This document shows, one piece after another, positions 58,315 to 64,000 of a stretch of 64,000 nt of DNA (position 1 is its first letter; the number at the start of each line of letters is the position of its first letter). The DNA is taken from the sequence record PQ871103.1; one strand, given 5' to 3'. The DNA is from Escherichia phage vB_Eco_ZCEC15. A program made the translations under genes and the position numbers. Under the pieces are notes generated by a model. It saw nothing but the letters and a program-made list of their open reading frames with translations. It had not been told where the DNA came from and searched no databases.

Positions 58315-61300
58315 ATGGCCGAGATTAAAAGAAAGTTCAGAGCAGAAGATGGTCTGGACGCAGGTGGCGATAAAATAATCAACGTAGCTTTAGCTGATCG
58401 TACCGTAGGAACTGACGGTGTTAACGTTGATTACTTAATTCAAGAAAACACAGTTCAGCAATATGATCCAACTCGTGGATATTTAAAAGATTTTGTAATC
58501 ATTTATGATAACCGCTTTTGGGCTGCTATAAATGATATTCCAAAACCAGCGGGAGCTTTTAATAGCGTACGTTGGAGAGCATTACGTACTGATGCAAACT
58601 GGACAACTGTTTCGTCAGGACCTTATCAATTAAAGTCAGGTGAATCAATTTCAGTTAATACTGCAGCAGGAAATGATATCACATTTACTTTGCCAACTTC
58701 TCCAATTGATGGAGATACTATCGTTCTTCAAGATATTGGTGGAAAACCTGGAGTTAACCAAGTTTTAATTGTAGCTCCAGTGCAAAGTATTGTAAACTTT
58801 AGAGGCGAACAAGTACGATCAGTACTAATGACCCATCCAAAATCACAGATAGTTTTAATTTTTAGTAATCGTCTGTGGCAAATGTATGTGGCTGATTATA
58901 GCAGAGAAGCGGTAGTTGTGACGCCAGCAAGTCTCTACCAGGCGCAGTCAAACGATTTTATCGTGCGCAGATTTACTTCTGCTGCACCGATAAATATTAA
59001 ACTTCCGAGATTTGCTAATCATGGCGATATTATTAATTTCGTTGATTTAGATAAATTAAATCCTCTTTATCATACAATTGTTACTACATATGATGAAACT
59101 ACATCAGTACAAGAAGATGGAACTCATTCCATTGAAGGCCGTACATCTATTGATGGTTTCTTGATGTATGATGATAATGAGAAATTATGGAGATTATTTG
59201 ACGGGGATAGTAAAGCACGTTTACGCATTATAACGACTAATTCAAACATTCGTCCAAATGAAGAAGTTATGGTATTTGGTGCGAATAATGGAACAACTCA
59301 AACGATTGAACTTCAGCTTCCAACTAATATTTCTGTTGGTGATACTGTTAAAATTTCCATGAATTACATGAGAAAAGGACAAACAGTTAAAATCAAAGCT
59401 GCCGGTGAAGATAAAATTGCTTCTTCAGTTCAATTGCTGCAATTCCCAAAACGCTCAGAATATCCACCTGAAGCTGAATGGGTGACTGTTCAAGAATTAG
59501 TTTTTAACGGTGAAACTAATTATGTTCCAGTTTTACAGCTTGCTTATATTGAAGATTCTGACGGAAAATACTGGGTTGTACAGCAAAACGTTCCAACTGT
59601 TGAAAGAGTCGATTCTTTAAATAATTCTACTAGAGCAAGATTAGGCGTAATTGCTTTAGCTACACAAGCCCAAGCTAACGTTGATTTAGAAAATTCTCCA
59701 CAAAAAGAATTAGCAATTACTCCAGAAACATTAGCTAACCGTACTGCTACAGAAACTCGTAGAGGTATCGCAAGAATAGCAACTACTGCTCAAGTAAATC
59801 AGAACACTACATTCTCTTTTGCTGATGACCTTATCATCACTCCTAAAAAGCTGAATGAAAGAACTGCTACAGAAACTCGCAGAGGTGTCGCTGAAATTGC
59901 TACGCAGCAGGAAACTAATACAGGTACTGATGATACTACAATCATCACTCCTAAAAAGCTTCAAGCTCGTCAAGGTTCTGAAACATTATCGGGTATTGTA
60001 ACTTTTGTATCTACCGCAGGAGCTACTCCAGCCTCTAGTCGTGAATTAAATGGTACAAATGTTTATAATAAAAATACTAATAATTTAGTTGTTTCGCCTA
60101 AAGCACTGGATCAGTATAAAGCTACTCCAACGCAACAAGGTGCAGTAATTTTAGCAGTTGAAAGTGAAGTAATTGCTGGACAAAGCCAAGAAGGATGGGC
60201 AAATGCGGTTGTAACACCAGAAACGTTACATAAAAAGACATCAACTGATGGAAGAATTGGTTTAATTGAAATTGCTACGCAAAGCGAAGTTAATACAGGA
60301 ACTGATTATACTCGCGCAGTCACTCCTAAAACTTTAAATGACCGTAGAGCAACTGAAAGTTTAAGTGGTATAGCTGAAATTGCTACGCAAGTTGAATTCG
60401 ACGCAGGCGTCGACGATACTCGTATCTCTACACCATTAAAAATTAAAACTAGATTTAATAGTACTGATCGTACTTCTGTTGTTGCTCTATCTGGATTAGT
60501 TGAATCAGGAACTCTCTGGGACCATTATACCCTTAATATTCTTGAAGCAAATGAGACACAACGTGGTACACTTCGTGTAGCTACACAAGTTGAAGCTGCT
60601 GCAGGAAAATTAGATAATGTTTTAATAACTCCTAAAAAGCTTTTAGGTACTAAATCTACCGAATCGCAAGAAGGTGTTATTAAAGTTGCAACTCAGTCTG
60701 AAACCGTGACTGGAACGTCAGCAAATACTGCTGTATCTCCAAAAAATTTAAAATGGATTGTGCAGAGTGAACCTACTTGGGCAGCCACTCCAGCCATAAG
60801 AGGATTTGTTAAAACTTCATCCGGTTCAATTACATTCGTTGGTAATGATACAGCTGGTTCTACGCAGGACTTAGAGCTATACGAGAAAAATAGTTATGCA
60901 GTATCACCATATGAATTAAACCGTGTATTAGCAAATTATTTGCCGTTAAAAGCAAAAGCTGCTGACGCAAATTTATTAGATGGTCTAGATTCATCTCAGT
61001 TCATTCGTAGGGATATTGCCCAGACAGTTAATGGTTCACTAACCTTAACCAAACAAACGAACCTGAGTGCCCCTCTTGTATCATCTAGTACTGCTACGTT
61101 TGGTGGATCAGTTTCAGCAAATAGTACACTAACTATTTCTAATACTGGAACGGCAACTCAATTAATTTTTGAGAAAGGACCTCAAACTGGAACAAACCCG
61201 ACTCAAACAATGACTGTAAAAGTGTGGGGAAATCAATTTAGTGGGGAGTCAGACACAACACGTTCTACTGTATTTGAAGTTAGTGATGAAACTTCTAGTC

Positions 61301-62184
61301 ATTTTTATTCTCAGCGTAATAAAGCTGGTAATATAACATTTAATATCAACGGTACAGTAACACCGATAAATGTGAATGCTTCAGGAACATTGAATGCGAA
61401 TGGTGTTGCTACATTTGGTAATTCAGTCACTGCAACTGGTGAAATTATTTCTCGAAGCGCAAATGCTTTCCGTGCTATTAATGGAAATTACGGTTTCATT
61501 ATTCGTAATGGCGGGTCAGTAACGAATTTTATGCTTACTGCATCAGGCAATCAAACTGGTGGATTTAATGGATTACGTCCATTGTCCATTAATAATCAAT
61601 CTGGGCAGGTCACAATTGGTGAAAGCTTGATCATTGCTAAAGGTGCTACTATAAATTCAGGGGGTTTAACTGTTAACTCGAGAATTCGTTCTCAAGGTGT
61701 TAAAACATCTGATTTATATACCCGTGCGCCGACATCTGATACTGTAGGATTCTGGTCAATCGATATTAATGATTCAGCCACTTATAACCAGTTCCCGGGT
61801 TATTTTAAAATGGTTGAAAAAACTAATGAAGTTACTGGACTTCCATACTTAGAACGTGGCGAAGAAGTTAAATCTCCTGGTACATTGACTCAGTTTGGTA
61901 ACACACTTGATTCACTTTACCAAGATTGGATTACTTATCCAACGACTCCAGAAGCACGTACCACTCGCTGGACACGTACATGGCAGAAAACCAAAAACTC
62001 TTGGTCAAGTTTTGTTCAGGTATTTGACGGAGGTAACCCTCCTCAACCTTCAGATATAGGAGCGATCCCATCTGATAACGGAATAATAGGTAATCTTACT
62101 ATTCGCGATTTCTTACGAATTGGTAATGTTCGCATTATTCCTGACCCAGTGAATAAAACTGTTAAATTTGAGTGGATTGAATAA
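58315..62184 (+). CDS. 34: Long tail fibre proximal subunit gp34
   Basis: 1289 aa as T4 gp34; internal repeated ATETRRG...ITPKKL units. Confidence 0.95.
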   Translation: MAEIKRKFRAEDGLDAGGDKIINVALADRTVGTDGVNVDYLIQENTVQQYDPTRGYLKDFVIIYDNRFWAAINDIPKPAGAFNSVRWRALRTDANWTTVSSGPYQLKSGESISVNTAAGNDITFTLPTSPIDGDTIVLQDIGGKPGVNQVLIVAPVQSIVNFRGEQVRSVLMTHPKSQIVLIFSNRLWQMYVADYSREAVVVTPASLYQAQSNDFIVRRFTSAAPINIKLPRFANHGDIINFVDLDKLNPLYHTIVTTYDETTSVQEDGTHSIEGRTSIDGFLMYDDNEKLWRLFDGDSKARLRIITTNSNIRPNEEVMVFGANNGTTQTIELQLPTNISVGDTVKISMNYMRKGQTVKIKAAGEDKIASSVQLLQFPKRSEYPPEAEWVTVQELVFNGETNYVPVLQLAYIEDSDGKYWVVQQNVPTVERVDSLNNSTRARLGVIALATQAQANVDLENSPQKELAITPETLANRTATETRRGIARIATTAQVNQNTTFSFADDLIITPKKLNERTATETRRGVAEIATQQETNTGTDDTTIITPKKLQARQGSETLSGIVTFVSTAGATPASSRELNGTNVYNKNTNNLVVSPKALDQYKATPTQQGAVILAVESEVIAGQSQEGWANAVVTPETLHKKTSTDGRIGLIEIATQSEVNTGTDYTRAVTPKTLNDRRATESLSGIAEIATQVEFDAGVDDTRISTPLKIKTRFNSTDRTSVVALSGLVESGTLWDHYTLNILEANETQRGTLRVATQVEAAAGKLDNVLITPKKLLGTKSTESQEGVIKVATQSETVTGTSANTAVSPKNLKWIVQSEPTWAATPAIRGFVKTSSGSITFVGNDTAGSTQDLELYEKNSYAVSPYELNRVLANYLPLKAKAADANLLDGLDSSQFIRRDIAQTVNGSLTLTKQTNLSAPLVSSSTATFGGSVSANSTLTISNTGTATQLIFEKGPQTGTNPTQTMTVKVWGNQFSGESDTTRSTVFEVSDETSSHFYSQRNKAGNITFNINGTVTPINVNASGTLNANGVATFGNSVTATGEIISRSANAFRAINGNYGFIIRNGGSVTNFMLTASGNQTGGFNGLRPLSINNQSGQVTIGESLIIAKGATINSGGLTVNSRIRSQGVKTSDLYTRAPTSDTVGFWSIDINDSATYNQFPGYFKMVEKTNEVTGLPYLERGEEVKSPGTLTQFGNTLDSLYQDWITYPTTPEARTTRWTRTWQKTKNSWSSFVQVFDGGNPPQPSDIGAIPSDNGIIGNLTIRDFLRIGNVRIIPDPVNKTVKFEWIE
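59735..59965 (+). repeat. Imperfect tandem repeat units (about 115 bp) within gene 34
   Basis: 20-mer ATCATCACTCCTAAAAAGCT at 59826 and 59941; ACTGCTACAGAAACTCG at 59743 and 59863. Confidence 0.7.
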
Positions 62185-62192
62185 GAGGTATT

Positions 62193-63308
62193 ATGGAAAA
62201 ATTTATGGCAGAGTTTGGACAAGGATATGTCCAAACGCCATTTTTATCGGAAAGTAATTCAGTAAGATACAAAATAAGTATAGCGGGTTCTTGCCCGCTT
62301 TCTACAGCAGGACCGTATGTTAAATTTCAGGATAATCCCGTTGGAAATCAAACATTTAGTGCAGGTCTTCATTTAAGAGTTTTTGACCCTTCTACGGGAG
62401 CATTAGTTGATAGCAAGTCATATGCTTTTTCTGCTTCAAACAATACAACATCTGCCGCTTTTGTCAGTTTCATGAATTCTTTGTCAAACAATAGACTTGT
62501 TGCTATATTAACTAGCGGAAAGGTTAATTTTCCTCCTGAAGTGGTATCTTGGTTAAGGGGAGCAGGAACTTCAGTTTTTCCATCAGATTCAGTATTGTCA
62601 AGATTTGACGTATCATATGCTGCTTTTTATACTTCTTCTAAAAGAGCTATTGCATTAGAGCATGTTAAACTAAGTAATAGAAAAAGCACAGATGATTATC
62701 AAACTATTTTAGATGTTGTATTTGATAGTTTAGAAGACGTCGGAGCGACAGGATTTCCAAAAAGAACTTATGAAAGTGTAGAGCAATTCATGTCAGCAGT
62801 TGGTGGAACTAATAACGAAATTGCGCGATTGCCAACTTCAGCTGCTATAAGTAAACTTTCTGACTATGATTTAATTCCTGGTGATGTTCTTTATCTTAAA
62901 GCACAGTTATATGTTGATGCTGATTTACTTGATCTTGGAACTACAAACATATCCATTCGTTTTTATGATGCATCAAATGGATATATTTCCTCGACCCAAG
63001 CTGAGTTTACTGGGCAAGCTGGGTCTTGGGAATTAAAAGAAGACTATGTAGTTGTTCCAGAAAACGCCGTAGGATTTACGATATATGCACAAAGAACTGC
63101 TCAAGCAGGTCAAGGCGGCATGAGAAATTTAAGCTTTTCTGAAGTATCAAGAAATGGCGGCATTTCAAAACCTGCCGAATTTGGCGTCAACGGTATTCGC
63201 GTTAATTATGTCTGTGAATCGGCTTCACCTCCAGATATAATGGTACTTCCTACACAAGCCTCTTCTAAAACTGGCAAAGTGTTTGGGCAAGAATTTAGAG
63301 AAGTTTAA
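62193..63308 (+). CDS. 35: Long tail fibre hinge protein gp35
   Basis: 371 aa; position between 34 and 36. Confidence 0.85.
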   Translation: MEKFMAEFGQGYVQTPFLSESNSVRYKISIAGSCPLSTAGPYVKFQDNPVGNQTFSAGLHLRVFDPSTGALVDSKSYAFSASNNTTSAAFVSFMNSLSNNRLVAILTSGKVNFPPEVVSWLRGAGTSVFPSDSVLSRFDVSYAAFYTSSKRAIALEHVKLSNRKSTDDYQTILDVVFDSLEDVGATGFPKRTYESVEQFMSAVGGTNNEIARLPTSAAISKLSDYDLIPGDVLYLKAQLYVDADLLDLGTTNISIRFYDASNGYISSTQAEFTGQAGSWELKEDYVVVPENAVGFTIYAQRTAQAGQGGMRNLSFSEVSRNGGISKPAEFGVNGIRVNYVCESASPPDIMVLPTQASSKTGKVFGQEFREV

Positions 63309-63313
63309 ACTGA

Positions 63314-63332
63314 GGGAGCCTTCGGGTTCCCT
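63314..63332 (+). terminator. Hairpin GGGAGCCTTCGGGTTCCC plus T-run
   Basis: After gp35 stop. Confidence 0.6.
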
Positions 63333-63339
63333 TTTTCTT

Positions 63340-63347
63340 TATAAATA
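63340..63347 (+). promoter_or_regulatory. Late promoter box TATAAATA upstream of gene 36
   Basis: Exact motif 24 nt upstream of ATG 63371. Confidence 0.6.
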
Positions 63348-63370
63348 ATATTAAAATAAAGGGGCATATA

Positions 63371-64000
63371 ATGGCTGATTTAAAAGTAGGTTCAACTGTG
63401 GGTGGATCTGTCATTTGGCATCAAGGAAATTTTCCATTGAATTCAGCCGGTGACGATGTACTCTACAAATCATTTAAAATATATTCAGAATATAATAAAC
63501 CGCTGGCAGCTGATAACGATTTCGTTTCTAAAGCTAATGGTGGTACTTACACCGGTCCAATTACTATTAATTACGGGGTAAATAGTTATCTTCAATTAAG
63601 TAATAATGAAACCCCCATTCGAATTCGTTCTGGTGGCGGTACCGGCAATACTCTTGTAGTTGGCGGCTCTTCTGGCGGTATTAGTTTTAGACCAGCAGGT
63701 AGTGAAATCACTACTGGACAAATTACTATTACGCCAGAAGGTTTGACAACATTTACCAAAGCTGTAACGGCTCCATCTGTAACTGTCACATCTACTCCTT
63801 CCGCAGCATCAGATGCTACTCGTAAAGATTATGTTGATGGAGCAATAAATACTGTTATAGCAAATGCAAACTCTAGGGTATTACGCTCTGGAGACACTAT
63901 GACAGGAAATTTAACTGCGCCAAACCTTTTTTCACAGAATCCTGCATCTCAACCTTCACACGTTCCACGATTTGACCAAATCGTAATTAAGGATTCTGTT
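63371..64000 (+). CDS. 36: Long tail fibre distal connector gp36, 3' end truncated by window edge
   Basis: Open frame from ATG 63371 to window end (210 codons); MADLKVGSTVGGSVIWHQGNFPL start. Confidence 0.8.
   Translation, partial: MADLKVGSTVGGSVIWHQGNFPLNSAGDDVLYKSFKIYSEYNKPLAADNDFVSKANGGTYTGPITINYGVNSYLQLSNNETPIRIRSGGGTGNTLVVGGSSGGISFRPAGSEITTGQITITPEGLTTFTKAVTAPSVTVTSTPSAASDATRKDYVDGAINTVIANANSRVLRSGDTMTGNLTAPNLFSQNPASQPSHVPRFDQIVIKDSV

Overview
This window is a contiguous segment of a T-even (T4-like, Tevenvirinae) myophage genome, oriented with the late structural genes on the + strand. Calls rest on reading the supplied ORF translations for catalytic motifs, on gene order and size, and on recalled T4 biology; no database search or alignment was run. 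Gene order runs neck (gp13-15), terminase (gp16/17), tail sheath and tube (gp18/19), portal and head (gp20, 67, 68, 21, 22, 23, 24), then rnlB-hoc-inh, segE-uvsW, the uvsY operon, baseplate hub/wedge (gp25-29, 48, 54), the early region (alt, DNA ligase 30, rIII, 31, cd, pseT, alc, rnlA, denA, nrdB, nrdA, td with its group I intron and I-TevI, frd, 32, 59, 33, dsbA, rnh), and long tail fibre genes 34-36. Late (TATAAATA), early (GTTTAC-N17/18-TAnAAT-like) and middle (MotA-box) promoter motifs and GC-rich terminator hairpins are readable in intergenic regions. No single novel multi-gene system stands out; the points that look non-canonical relative to the T4 arrangement as I recall it are local: a zinc-finger/HNH endonuclease ORF between genes 18 and 19, two tandem Alt-type ADP-ribosyltransferase paralogues, an exact 54-bp early promoter-leader cassette present twice 15.6 kb apart, a 119-codon ORF inserted at the frd-td junction, a gene 32 ORF lacking the acidic C-terminal tail, and an intron-less nrdB with a compact nrdA-nrdB junction.
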